Source of the DNA: Botryllus schlosseri
Taxonomy: Eukaryota
Reading direction: 5' to 3'
Length of the DNA stretch: 64,000 bases
Assembly: GCA_051294905.1 (NCBI GenBank)
Contig: CM119371.1
Coordinates: forward strand, 29,576,001 to 29,640,000
Positions 1 to 10,881 of the stretch are shown here, piece after piece (position 1 is the first letter of the stretch; each line of letters starts with the position of its first letter). The notes beneath the pieces are model-generated. The model was not told where the DNA came from. It ran no database searches and saw only the letters and a list, made by a program, of their open reading frames with translations. The translations under genes and the position numbers were made by a program.

Positions 1-772
1 CACGTCACATACTTCTTATCAAAGTAAATAATCTTTCACAAGTTAATACGATATGTTGAATGTCACACGAAAGGGACTACAACATAAAATTAGGACATCA
101 CAGTCATATTACGTCGGTAAATAATGGGTAATACGACGCCAAATAAAAACGCTTCGCAATATCCTGTCGCGACGAGGGACATGTCGCTGCTCCACTTCAC
201 TTTACACAATGATTACGAGAAGTCTCCAGTCATTAAGACAAAGTAATATATGGAGCACCCGTATGCAGACTTTATACAAGAGGGCCTGATATGAATAACA
301 CTGAAAAGCCTATAGGGCCGCGTATAGAATTTGAAGTAGCCGCCAAGTATCCACATCATAAAGAGATCGTCATCAATGATGGCGATACTTCTCAATAAAT
401 GTCAATATCACAGATCAGATAGCGATCGTAAACATATTAATCCAGAACATTGTTTTCAGAATATTCGGTGAAATATGCCAAGAATATTCAAACGCCAAGG
501 TAACATATGCATATCTCAGTGTTTGGCTCTTCTCGTAGCCCAAATCAGCCGAGCTAAAGAGTATCGAACTAAGAGAAATTGGAAAGTCATTTCGCGAGAT
601 ATCATATACCATTACCAGATGTATTTTTCTTCTAGAGAAGAAAAATGTACCTCTACTGGCTGCTATCGACAATTGACTATTATTGGATGCTCTGTTTCAA
701 TGTACAGTGTAAATAAATATGTTCCACTTTTTTGTAAACCAGGTGGCGAGCCGCGGGATAAGTAATTACAGT

Positions 773-854
773 TTCGAAATTGATGATTAAACATCTTCTG
801 CATATGAATTTATTCGAAATTGATGATTAAACATCTTCTGCATATGAATTTATT
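773..854. repeat. Perfect 40-bp tandem duplication
   Basis: ttcgaaattgatgattaaacatcttctgcatatgaattta occurs at 773-812 and 813-852, just 3' of the first ZNF gene. Confidence 0.95.
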
Positions 855-899
855 GCCATAATGCAAGAGTGTCGGGAATCGCCCACAATAACGCGTGTA

Positions 900-2150
900 T
901 CAATTTTTTAACGACCCGACGCCGGAGTGCAATAGTGCATGGGACGTTAACCTTGACTTGCGATAAAATTCCATCCCGCATTCGTCACATCTAAATTCTC
1001 TGAAACCGAAATGAATATTCATGTGCGACTTTAAATCGGATTTCCGACGAAACGCCCAGTTGCATATTTCGCAGTTATGCATATTTACATCGAAATGAAT
1101 AAGCATGTGCGACCCTAGGCTAAATTTACTGCGAAACTCCAGCCCGCATACATCGCATTCAAACATTTTGATGCCGAAATGAATTCGAAAGTGCGTCCGT
1201 AAGTTTGATATAGAAGTGAACGTCTTGTTGCAAATATCACAGCGATGCTGTCTTGCGTCGATGTGAATCAGTGAATGTGCAGTTACATCGTGTTTTCGAT
1301 GAAACGCCTTTCCGCATATCCCACATACATATTCTTTGTTCTTAGTATGAATTCTTAAATGCAGTTTCAAGCTACGGCGAGCTGCATATACTTTTCCGCA
1401 GATCTCACAACTGTAGGTCGCCTGATCCCAGTGAACTGCAGCGTGCGTCTCCAAATACTGCAGTAGACGAAACTCTTTTCCGCAAACATCGCATTTATAT
1501 TCTTTTGCATTTGCGTGATTCAAGACATGGTCTTTGTAGTTCGCTTTCCTTCGGAATCTTTTGTTGCAGATATCGCATTTATATGCCTTGACGTCCGAAT
1601 GAATGGAAACATGGCTTCTGTAATTTGCTTTAGATCGAAATCGTTTGTTGCAGATAGCGCACTGATATTTTTTATCATTGGTGTGAATCAACGAATGTTG
1701 TTGTAAGCGATACTTTCCCATAAAAACCTTCCCACATATATCACACTCGAACGTTTTGTTACTTGTGTGAATTTTCATGTGAAGCCTCAGGTTGATTTTG
1801 TTAACATATATTTTCCCGCATATTTCACACTCGCACTGTTCACGCCGGACGTGAATTTTCAGATGCTTTTTTATCCTGGTTTTTGAAGCGAATGCTTTTC
1901 CGCATACATTACACTCATAGTCTTTAACTCCAGCGTGAATTTCTATGTGCTGTTTCATGTTTGCCTTCGTAGCGAATGCCCTTCCGCAAACATCGCACTC
2001 GTGGTCTTTCACTTCGATGTGGAACTTTATATGCATTTTCAGCTTATACTTGCTTCCGAATTCCTTGCCACAGATCTCGCAGACATTTTGGTGGTCCTGG
2101 GCGCGACGTTGCAAATGCGTTGCATAATCCACAACTTCAAGTAAAGGCAT
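900..2150 (-). CDS. Tandem C2H2 zinc-finger protein ZNF-A, 416 aa, 14 fingers
   Basis: 14 consecutive C-x2-C-x12-H-x3-H units with 28-aa period. The ORF track starts at a TTG (2219). The ATG at 2150 (MPLLEVVDYATHLQRRAQDHQNVC) puts the first Cys at residue 24, as in the paralogues at 23310 and 48303. Confidence 0.9.
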   Translation of the reverse strand: MPLLEVVDYATHLQRRAQDHQNVCEICGKEFGSKYKLKMHIKFHIEVKDHECDVCGRAFATKANMKQHIEIHAGVKDYECNVCGKAFASKTRIKKHLKIHVRREQCECEICGKIYVNKINLRLHMKIHTSNKTFECDICGKVFMGKYRLQQHSLIHTNDKKYQCAICNKRFRSKANYRSHVSIHSDVKAYKCDICNKRFRRKANYKDHVLNHANAKEYKCDVCGKEFRLLQYLETHAAVHWDQATYSCEICGKVYAARRSLKLHLRIHTKNKEYVCGICGKAFHRKHDVTAHSLIHIDARQHRCDICNKTFTSISNLRTHFRIHFGIKMFECDVCGLEFRSKFSLGSHMLIHFDVNMHNCEICNWAFRRKSDLKSHMNIHFGFREFRCDECGMEFYRKSRLTSHALLHSGVGSLKN

Positions 2151-4479
2151 TTCGACCACAGATCGCGATGTACAGGGAACAGAACAAGACAACCACATTA
2201 AATGATATCTCAAACTCAATTAAAACTATAGTCTGTGTAGACATTTAACATCGAAAAGTACAGTAGAGAAATATTATGCACTAAATCATGGTATAAATAT
2301 ATGGATTCTTAAAATTTAATTTATTTGCGAAATATCTCAAACAATTAAGCCAGACGCTTTGGATTAGGTCAATTTATCCTATACTTTAGGCCAGCAGCCT
2401 AAAATTACTATTAAGCACAGTATCCATGCCATATTTCCATTCGTGCTGGTATTTTTTTGAAGCTTGGTTTGAATAAGCACGTGAAATTTTTGAGTCACCG
2501 ATTTCCATGAGATATCTCAGCTAATTTTATCCATTAGCGGATTTTTAGTTGGATAAGGACACGATGCGATAAGAAATTATGGATTCGGTAGGAATATCGC
2601 ATGGATTAAAATCTGGAATCAAAATCCGCAGAAACGCATTTCCACATATTTATTACTCTCATTTCTGGTTTCTCGAACCCACGGATAATTCCGTCACTTC
2701 CACGACTCAGTTTTAACGACTGCAACGACGAGCTAAAAGAGTTCCATTTTTTCGGATGATCCCTCAAAACTCGTCTAGGACAGAGATCTTAAGGTTAGCT
2801 TATCCTGGAGAATGGTATTCGTCTGGTTAAAACTATTAATCGTGGCGCTGAAAGTTTGATTGGATTTTGTGCGAGGATTATCACGAGTCGTCTGGTAATA
2901 CTTTTACTCAAGCGAAGTAGTTTCCGAAGATTAGTTGTTTTAATCCGAAGATTAACACTCTCCCGAATAAGCTGAGTGTATGAGCAGTGAGCACCACCCT
3001 CGGCGTCATCACGTGTATGGCTATATACTGCGTAACTTACGTCAGAATTTTGAAACGGACGCTCTGTTCACAAAATGAATAACGCCAATCGATTACATAG
3101 CTAATAATATGACGGAAAATTCCAAACACATGACTAAGAAGAACAGCACCCCCAAAATATAGCGTGAACATCTAGATTATATAGGTGCCTCAAAGCGAAT
3201 TAACCAAAGCGCCGATGTCTTTGTGTCTAGTATACCTCGTTTTCACTTAACTCACTTAACAAATTGTATTTCACTCTGAAATTGTCCTGTCCTTAATCGG
3301 AATACATTATCTCGAATCTACGCATCGACTCCCTATAGTTGGAAACATTCATGTTCAACAGCTATATCATGTGTCAAGTTATATAATACTTACTGACTAG
3401 TAGCATCTACTAAATCAGTGCTGCTTAGCGAGTGACTCACCAGTGAAGCTATTTCAGGTGGGTCGCCTATTCGAATTGCCTGATCTGCCAAACACCTCGA
3501 TTATACCAGCAAATACACATTATACTCCTCTAAAAATAAATTGTTTAGCGCTCATGCGCGCCGCCAGCCACATTCCCGCGCTCACAATTCGTGAGGGTAT
3601 TGGAATTCACTCCTTCCTGCCAAGGCGTTGGAAACGCTGATCGGGAAATACGGCAATCCATCGCCATTTGCTGACATAATCATTGAACAATGAACATTCG
3701 CGGCGACGGGAGCTACCCAAACAGCGTTTGTCTGACGTGAATGACGAAATACCGATTGAATACGCCCGTTCTCGTTTGTAATGCGTATATTCCTGTCTGC
3801 TTGGTACACTCTTATTCCCAAATCGTCGCGCAAGGGCCGCCATCTGGTTTAATTCGTTACTGACACGAGACACTGCGCGGTAAATTACGTTTGAATTCGA
3901 TTGGTTATATCATATCTCATTGTGGGTCGCGCAACGTAACTTTGGTAAAAGGCGGATCACGAACTGAAAAGGTTGGGAACGAAATTGATCACTAAAAATT
4001 ATGCGATATCAATTTTTTGTGATACATCCGCCTCAAATTATCTCCATACTGCGATAAACGTTGACTAATACGCAGTCGGCACCACCCGTTTAGAATCGGA
4101 ACAAAGTTGACTCAGATGATTTGTATCGCAATGGTCACGTTTTGGCCACGCTACGTAGTATATGTTCCAGCGAGAAAATTGTTAGCTTTGAAATGACGTC
4201 TATGTTGTAATTCCTGCTAACTAATGCAAGCTATTATCTTTCTTTATCATCTACATGCAACAGCAGTGTATGCCATGTAACAACGCGGCAGTATATCATC
4301 AAATTTTGCTTTCAACTTCACCGGAACCATCCACCAATAGCTACAATAATAACATAATTCACACTTGATATCACCCATGAATGAATGACTAACTATTGAA
4401 CTGATGATAATTAACAGATCATATCATACGTCACGGAGGCGATTTCATCATGGTATCAGTGTCCTTTCTGATGATAATT

Positions 4480-5280
4480 TACTCAACACGTCATCAGCCA
4501 CGGCATAGAAAGGAAATTAACGCAGAAAAACAAACAGAGCCCACCGAACGAACAATAAAAGATGTTTATATCCATCTACCTTGGATTGGCCCTATTTCCA
4601 CCCGCTTTGAAAAACAGTAGATGTCTGCGGTCAGTAAGTGTTACGAGTCTTACGACACAGTCAAAACCAATGTGATTTTTACCACAACACAACTGCTCCC
4701 TTCAACACGCAAAGACGTTCTCCCGGCGCTTCAAAAAAGTAATGTAGTGTACGAATATAAGTGCCACTGTGATTGTGGCTACGTGGGAAGGACGTCAAAA
4801 CGTCTGCAGGAACACATAAACCAACATGTCCCCAGATTTATCAGAACACGTGCATCACGCTAAGTGAAAAGCTCACCCTTAATTCATCCGCTTAAGATTG
4901 ATGCTGATCGACCAAAGGCTATTAATTCTGCCGTTGGCCAACATCTGTTAGATAATCCGATTTGTGCGAATAATTATCGATACGACCGATTTCAAATCAT
5001 TGGGCGGGGCAGTTAACAATTCCATTTGTGTGCCTTGGAGTCGACTTTTATCAAAATACACCGACCAAAACTCTGTCAACAAAAGGAGTTCGTGTACCAC
5101 CTAAAATAGCACATTGAACGCTCTCTCTTGCATGCTGGTGACGTCATATTTTGTGATACGATTGTTGATATACAATGTTCTTTCTAATTCTCTACTAGTT
5201 GCTGACGATTACCCCATGACGAGTGTCAGCCGAAAATATTCGGGTTCATTTCAATATGAATATACTATTCAATCAAATAA
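4480..5280 (+). mobile_element. Penelope-like element 3' fragment (GIY-YIG endonuclease pseudogene plus pseudo-LTR)
   Basis: Translations LPWIGPIS, NVVYEYKCHCDCGYVGRTSKRL..H and SAVGQHLLDNP...LESTFIKIHRPKLCQQKE, with in-frame stops. The 3' end carries a hammerhead-like motif (5211-5245) with a disrupted core. Confidence 0.85.
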
Positions 5281-5670
5281 ATCTCCACATGAGCATACAA
5301 TCCTATATCAATGCCTCTCGTGACTTCCATAGCTGCTTCCCATCTCAACGCTAAACGCCCAAAGACTCTGCTGAGTCTATTGTTTAAGCATAGGAATGAT
5401 TCTCTGACTTACGAATGAATCGTGACAGAGAACGAAATAACTATGTGAATAAGCGCGTATCGCCGCTAGGCAATGTGACAACCAGTTATCAAGGTTATGT
5501 TTATTCTCGTCTTCGTCTGAACAATCTATGTTCACTTCTGGCTGATTACTATTAAATATTATCATTTACGATAGACTTACATGTCTACAGGACCCGAGTT
5601 ACCGATTAGACCTCCTATAGCACTGGTTCCGAACCGTTTCTTAACTTGGTGAACACTTATGGCCGGTATA

Positions 5671-5905
5671 TGTGCAACTTTGCATTTATTCATAGGTTAA
5701 ATACCGTAATAAATGATCAAACTGAAATACAAAAGAACAGTTGCATCGACTAGCCTAATCCCTATTGCTCCAACAACTCACAAGACGTGGGTGCCAATAC
5801 ATACATGCACGCACGTCGCACAATCACAACAACAAGAAGACGAGATCGCTCATGCGTTTAGGGAAACTACTAGAGAGAGAGATAGTAGTAAGAGATAATC
5901 ACACA
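5671..5905 (-). repeat. 3' LTR (235 bp)
   Basis: Direct repeat of 10647-10881, TGTG...CACA termini, adjacent to the PPT. Confidence 0.97.
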
Positions 5906-5920
5906 TCCCCCCCAACTCCT
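5906..5920 (-). other. Polypurine tract
   Basis: Minus strand AGGAGTTGGGGGGGA immediately upstream of the 3' LTR. Confidence 0.9.
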
Positions 5921-6010
5921 AACGAAATCAACGAGCATTGAGTGAGGAGTTCAAAATACAGCGTGTAGAGAACGTCCAACCAAATACTCTAATGGCGATT
6001 GAATCGGGAA

Positions 6011-9000
6011 TCAACATAAAATTTGTGCCCCAATAACGTAGTCCTTGTGCCATACTGGCGGGGTAACATTTCTGCCTGAGCGCTGGCGTCTATTGTTAGA
6101 CGGTGCGGGTACACTAGTGTCGTCGATCGGTACTTCAGCTGGTAGATGATCTTCTGCACTCGATTCGGTGGATCTCAGCAAGCCAGGGTCTACCTCATTC
6201 GACTGTCCACTTAGAGCGGGTGGCGAAACGACTTGAGGTGACGTAGCTGTGCTGGGAGACGAGACCGTTGGCTGAAAATATGTGTGCTTTTGGTTCAGGA
6301 AGTACGGCTCAATCTTGCGTAGAAATTTCCTGTTACGTAGCGTCAATCTGCCGGAACCGTCCACTTTCACGAGGTACTGGTCATGGTCTCGGCACTGAAC
6401 CACAGTGCCGGTTCTGTCCCAGCGAAGGGGGTAACGACCGTTTTGGTTTTGAATGCGACAGACATCACCTTCAAGAAGTGGTGATAATGGCTTAGTGTTC
6501 AACGACAGAGATTCCAGCTGCTTCGCAAATCTGGTACGTAACGTTTGCTCGCGACTCTGCCAGAGATTCCTCCATAATGGCCTGATGTTGCGCTGTGTGA
6601 AAACTGGAACCCATGCTTTGATCGGCAACGCATCTTTCAAAGTCCTGCCAAATACTATTTCTGCAGGGGAGAGTCCATTCGCAGGGTCGGGGCAATTGCG
6701 AAACTGTAGCAATGCCCGAGTAATTGCATCGGTCCGGATGCTGCCATCCTGCGAAATGTTGCCGAGAAGGAGTCGTTTCATCGATTTCACCGCAGCCTCC
6801 GCGCGGCCATTTGACCTGGAGTGGTAGGCTGACGACAGCCTGTGGCGCACCCCCCATTTTCGAAAAAATTCCCGAGTGCTGTGCGCAGCAAACTCGGGTC
6901 CCCCGTCACTGCTAAGTTCTTCGGCCACACCAAACGTGCCGAAGTAACTTCGTAATGCATCTTGGAGTCCGAGGGCTCCAGACGTTTGCCCACCGTGCTT
7001 CACATGGAATATCTCTGGCCAGTTGCTGAAGCGGTCAACAACGACTAAATAGTGGTGGCCTGCAGCGGTGCAATAATCAGCGGCAACAGCTTGGAAAGGG
7101 TAGGTCGGTATGAATGGCTCGGCCGGAGGCATGTATGCTTGACTCGGTGCCATTTTACTGCAGTTGTCACAACGTGCTCGTGTACGTGCTATACACTCAG
7201 TCATCCCAGGCCAAAATACTGTGGCCTGCGCCCTCTGTGACATGGCAGCAGTCCCTTGGTGTGCCGAGTGTAAGATTTCACAGATAACCCCTCGCAGCGG
7301 CGGGGGAACGACAATCCGGTCATTATACATGACAACATCGTCTACGATCGAAAGGTCGTCGCGGTACCGCCAATATGATTGTAGTTGAAAAGGCAGTTTG
7401 TCCGATTTGTCTGGGAATCCTGATATGATGTGATTTTTTAACTCACTGAGAACAGGATCGTATGCCGTACTGCGCTTTACATCGTCCCAGGAGACAACTT
7501 CAATGGCATTCAATGATGCTCGGGAGGCGGCCACGATGCTGATTTCAATCAGATTGGTGTCCTCATGAGAAGCCACGATACTGTCGCAGTGATCCAATGG
7601 CATGTCATCCGCTGGAGATGAGGAAGCAGGGTGCCTGGAGAACGCATCAGATGCAGGAATGAGTTTGCCAGGAACATGGACGACACGGAAGCGCCATGAC
7701 AATGTGCGCTGCTTCAGACGAAAAATCCTTGTGTTAGTAATTTCATCAAGGGAGCGGTCCCCAAAGATTTTTACCAAAGGTTTATGGTCAGTGCAGATGA
7801 TAAGATCGTCACATCCGAGGGTGAAGAACTTCGTATCTTCTAATGCCCATGCGATTCCAAGCGCCTCGCCCTCTATAGAACAATAACGTTGTTCGGCGGA
7901 TCGGAGGAACCTTGAGCCAGCGAGAGTGATTTTCCACCCATGGACGCAACAGTCAGGGGTCAAGGAAACGCATTTGCAGTACTTCTGTCGCAGCCAGTAG
8001 CCAATGCCAGACCTTGACCAGTCCGGGGTCAGGCACGTTCTTCTAGCGGGGTCAAAGATACGTACTCCATCTTTGATTGCGTTGATGAGCTCGAGCTTGG
8101 AGTTCGCGAATGCATCATCAAGTTCGGAAGTCCAGCAAAATGGAGTTTTCTCGCTTAGTAACGGTTTGAATGGTGCCATAATGGTAGAAAGCCGGCCATA
8201 ATGAGAAACCTGGTTGACCAGCCCAAACCATGCACGTATATCTGCGATTTTTGTTGGCCGTGGGAAGCACTGTATTGCTTCCAAGTATTTGGGCAGAGGG
8301 CGAACATTCTCGGCAGTAATTTCGAAGCCGGCGAACTCGATATGTCTGCGGCAGAACTGGAACTTGGAGGCGTTTAGGATGATACCTTCACGGCCCATTA
8401 ATTCTAGATAGTCAATCATCCTCCACCAGTGCGTGGCAAGGTCATCGTCCCAGAGGACCGTGTCGTCCACGCACTTCGTTTTGCGTGGTGTGTCGGCAAT
8501 GATGCTGTCGTAGCGGTAAGCGTACCCGTCGCCACTGGCTAGGTATCCCTGCGGGGCCACTCTATACCGATATCTCCCGAACTCAGTGATGAATGTCAGA
8601 AGGTGTCTGTCCTCTTCACGCACGGGCACGGAATGGTAGCCATTCCAGGCATCTGTGACAGACCTGTAAGTGTTTGGAGGTATCGAGCGTGCTTGTTTGA
8701 AAGGAGGCACAACATGGTGTGTTTCTCGAGAGCAGGAGCGGTTCAGCGATTGGAAGTCAACAACTCTCCTCGGGCTGCCATCTGCCTTGCGCACCCATAT
8801 GGCCCTATGACACCAGGTCGTTGGCGTGTTCGGCTCCACTTTTTCAATCACCCCTAATTTTACGTCCGCCTCCAACTGCTTCTCGATTTCCTCTTTCCAA
8901 TGAAGTGGAATGGGAGCCGGTGTGTGGACTGCAGTCGGTGTTGCCGACGGATCGATATGAATGGAAATAGGCGGCCCAGTCATGGTTGGTAGTGGGCTGT

Positions 9001-10621
9001 GTTTGCACTTGTTGAATGTGGATGATGCATACCTCTCAAGTAACCACTGCTTCATTTTATCCACATTCTCCGCACAAGGCTGGAATGGCAGCTGCTGGGG
9101 GCGTGGAGGAGGCGTGGACCTCCGTGGGCAGCTACATGTTTGATGCGGGTTACCCTCAAGGGTTGACTCTCGTGTTGCGTGGAGTGCCGCTGCCCCAATT
9201 TGAGGAAAATCGGGCCCAATGATGCCCAACTTCTGCATGGCATCTCGGCTAAGGTAGAAGAGTTTCGTAGAATCCGTAATGTATACCATCTCAGCGGTTT
9301 CTATGACATCGCCAGAAACTGCTGCACCCGAAAGTCGCAGAAACACAGCGCCCAGGATGTGGATACACTCATCATTAGCTGCAACCAAGCGTTTCTTTAC
9401 CGGGATGAGATGCTGGTCCTTGAAGCCGCATGCTCGAAACAGTTTCAATCCCATCAAGGATGATTGTGCACCAGTGTCTGATATCGCCTTTATCTTTTTG
9501 GGCGATATTTTGGGACGCTGGATATTGAACTGGGCATAATCGGCTTGCCGGGTGGAGACCAAAAGATCAATGGTCGGTTGTGCCTTGCAGTCTTTCAGCA
9601 GCCATCCGTATGTGCCATCGAATATGTGGTGGTCTAATATGATTTCCGAAGCATGAGATTCTACAGTGTTTTTGGTACGGTTGGATACTGAAGCGATATT
9701 GATACTAGAAGCGGTGCCAGTACTAGGTGTCTCCGATTGGTTGCTTTGTCTCCAGCAGGCTAGACATTGTTTAAACTCGCGCAACCTCGGCTTACCAAAC
9801 TTCCCATGCAAGAATTTATACTTCTTCATGACACTGCCACATTTTCCACATTTGATGACTTGAGAGAGATCGGGCAACGGCGTGCCAGTAGAAGTGCTGG
9901 CCGCAACGCTAGATTCATGCTGATTTCTCAATGTGGAGGAGGTGGCACGTAGAGCTAATTCCTTGTTTTCAATAATCTGGACAGTTTCGTCCAGCGATTT
10001 TGCATCGAGATTTGCAACACTAAGGACTTGCCGCTGAACCTCATCATCAGCCAGGCCGGCGATGACAATATGCTTAACAATTCTATCAGAAAAGTCATTG
10101 ACTTGGGTGCAGCCAGGCTTCGTGCAATTCATTTGAAATGAGCAAATTCTTGCAGACGCTTTCACCTCGGCTAGAAATGCACTGAAGGACTGTCCTTGAT
10201 CCTGCTGGGCCGAAAATAGAGCAACGGTGCGCATGCTTGTGGCGATTTTGACAACTGCTAGAGATTCAATAGCTTTCAGCATATCACCTTCACTGACCTG
10301 ATTGAAGTCACCGACTTGTTTGAAGAGGTCGTTCGATAAAGTGATCTCGCAGCATTGCCAAAGGTGGCTCTTGATTAGTATGTCGGGTATCTCGGTCCCT
10401 TTTTTAAAATCATCCCATTTTCTGAGGAATATTTGCCATTCCACGGCAGTGGAGCCACGCGAAATGACGGGTCGTTCCATGACAGGTGGTCTCGAACGCG
10501 AGACATGAGGACCTGTTGTGTGGATTGTAGCATGGATATTGAGCTGTGTGACGGCGCCGGCCGTATCTTCGGATTCAGTCTCATAATTGCAGTCTTGGAT
10601 TGGGCAAGAAAGCTTCGGCAT
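6011..10621 (-). CDS. Gag-Pol polyprotein, 1536 aa (Gag, aspartic protease, RT, RNase H, integrase)
   Basis: Protease AISDTGAQ; RT TDAWNGYHSV, APQG and CVDD; RNase H PDWS, EGEALG, TDHKPL, ASDAFSR; integrase HSAH...CDNC, AADY, SDGGPEF, GRAEAAV. No stops or frameshifts. Confidence 0.96.
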   Translation of the reverse strand: MPKLSCPIQDCNYETESEDTAGAVTQLNIHATIHTTGPHVSRSRPPVMERPVISRGSTAVEWQIFLRKWDDFKKGTEIPDILIKSHLWQCCEITLSNDLFKQVGDFNQVSEGDMLKAIESLAVVKIATSMRTVALFSAQQDQGQSFSAFLAEVKASARICSFQMNCTKPGCTQVNDFSDRIVKHIVIAGLADDEVQRQVLSVANLDAKSLDETVQIIENKELALRATSSTLRNQHESSVAASTSTGTPLPDLSQVIKCGKCGSVMKKYKFLHGKFGKPRLREFKQCLACWRQSNQSETPSTGTASSINIASVSNRTKNTVESHASEIILDHHIFDGTYGWLLKDCKAQPTIDLLVSTRQADYAQFNIQRPKISPKKIKAISDTGAQSSLMGLKLFRACGFKDQHLIPVKKRLVAANDECIHILGAVFLRLSGAAVSGDVIETAEMVYITDSTKLFYLSRDAMQKLGIIGPDFPQIGAAALHATRESTLEGNPHQTCSCPRRSTPPPRPQQLPFQPCAENVDKMKQWLLERYASSTFNKCKHSPLPTMTGPPISIHIDPSATPTAVHTPAPIPLHWKEEIEKQLEADVKLGVIEKVEPNTPTTWCHRAIWVRKADGSPRRVVDFQSLNRSCSRETHHVVPPFKQARSIPPNTYRSVTDAWNGYHSVPVREEDRHLLTFITEFGRYRYRVAPQGYLASGDGYAYRYDSIIADTPRKTKCVDDTVLWDDDLATHWWRMIDYLELMGREGIILNASKFQFCRRHIEFAGFEITAENVRPLPKYLEAIQCFPRPTKIADIRAWFGLVNQVSHYGRLSTIMAPFKPLLSEKTPFCWTSELDDAFANSKLELINAIKDGVRIFDPARRTCLTPDWSRSGIGYWLRQKYCKCVSLTPDCCVHGWKITLAGSRFLRSAEQRYCSIEGEALGIAWALEDTKFFTLGCDDLIICTDHKPLVKIFGDRSLDEITNTRIFRLKQRTLSWRFRVVHVPGKLIPASDAFSRHPASSSPADDMPLDHCDSIVASHEDTNLIEISIVAASRASLNAIEVVSWDDVKRSTAYDPVLSELKNHIISGFPDKSDKLPFQLQSYWRYRDDLSIVDDVVMYNDRIVVPPPLRGVICEILHSAHQGTAAMSQRAQATVFWPGMTECIARTRARCDNCSKMAPSQAYMPPAEPFIPTYPFQAVAADYCTAAGHHYLVVVDRFSNWPEIFHVKHGGQTSGALGLQDALRSYFGTFGVAEELSSDGGPEFAAHSTREFFRKWGVRHRLSSAYHSRSNGRAEAAVKSMKRLLLGNISQDGSIRTDAITRALLQFRNCPDPANGLSPAEIVFGRTLKDALPIKAWVPVFTQRNIRPLWRNLWQSREQTLRTRFAKQLESLSLNTKPLSPLLEGDVCRIQNQNGRYPLRWDRTGTVVQCRDHDQYLVKVDGSGRLTLRNRKFLRKIEPYFLNQKHTYFQPTVSSPSTATSPQVVSPPALSGQSNEVDPGLLRSTESSAEDHLPAEVPIDDTSVPAPSNNRRQRSGRNVTPPVWHKDYVIGAQILC

Positions 10622-10636
10622 GGTTAATCCGTATTA

Positions 10637-10646
10637 AGTTTGATCA
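10637..10646 (-). other. Non-tRNA primer-binding site (TGATCAAACT), putative self-priming site
   Basis: Directly follows the 5' LTR on the element strand. Lacks the TGG expected for a tRNA CCA end. Is the exact reverse complement of LTR sequence 10699-10690. Confidence 0.75.
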
Positions 10647-10881
10647 TGTGCAACTTTGCATTTATTCATAGGTTAAATACCGTAATAAATGATCAAACTG
10701 AAATACAAAAGAACAGTTGCATCGACTAGCCTAATCCCTATTGCTCCAACAACTCACAAGACGTGGGTGCCAATACATACATGCACGCACGTCGCACAAT
10801 CACAACAACAAGAAGACGAGATCGCTCATGCGTTTAGGGAAACTACTAGAGAGAGAGATAGTAGTAAGAGATAATCACACA
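10647..10881 (-). repeat. 5' LTR (235 bp) with Inr-like TCAGTT and AATAAA
   Basis: Element strand has TTTCAGTTTGATCA (A at 10699) and AATAAA at 10666-10661. No canonical TATA box seen. Confidence 0.95.

Larger units (their letters stand above)
5671..10881 (-). mobile_element. Full-length Ty3/Gypsy LTR retrotransposon (Mag-like), recent insertion
   Basis: Two 235-bp TG...CA LTRs (5671-5905, 10647-10881), identical by eye. 5-bp TSD GTATA at 5666-5670 and 10882-10886. Polypurine tract and an intact single gag-pol ORF in PR-RT-RH-IN order. Confidence 0.97.

Noticed and set aside
2151..2219. N-terminal extension MSLRYHLMW... of the 439-aa ORF
   Set aside because: The track starts at TTG; paralogue alignment supports the ATG at 2150.
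5211..5245. Hammerhead ribozymes in other Penelope copies (also 12031, 12185, 25968)
   Set aside because: Catalytic core altered (inserted A in CUGA, GAAA changed to GACA or GTAA), so not called functional.
5713..5898. Duplicated 61-aa ORF (also 10689-10874)
   Set aside because: Lies antisense inside the LTRs; the duplication reflects the LTRs and no domain is recognisable.
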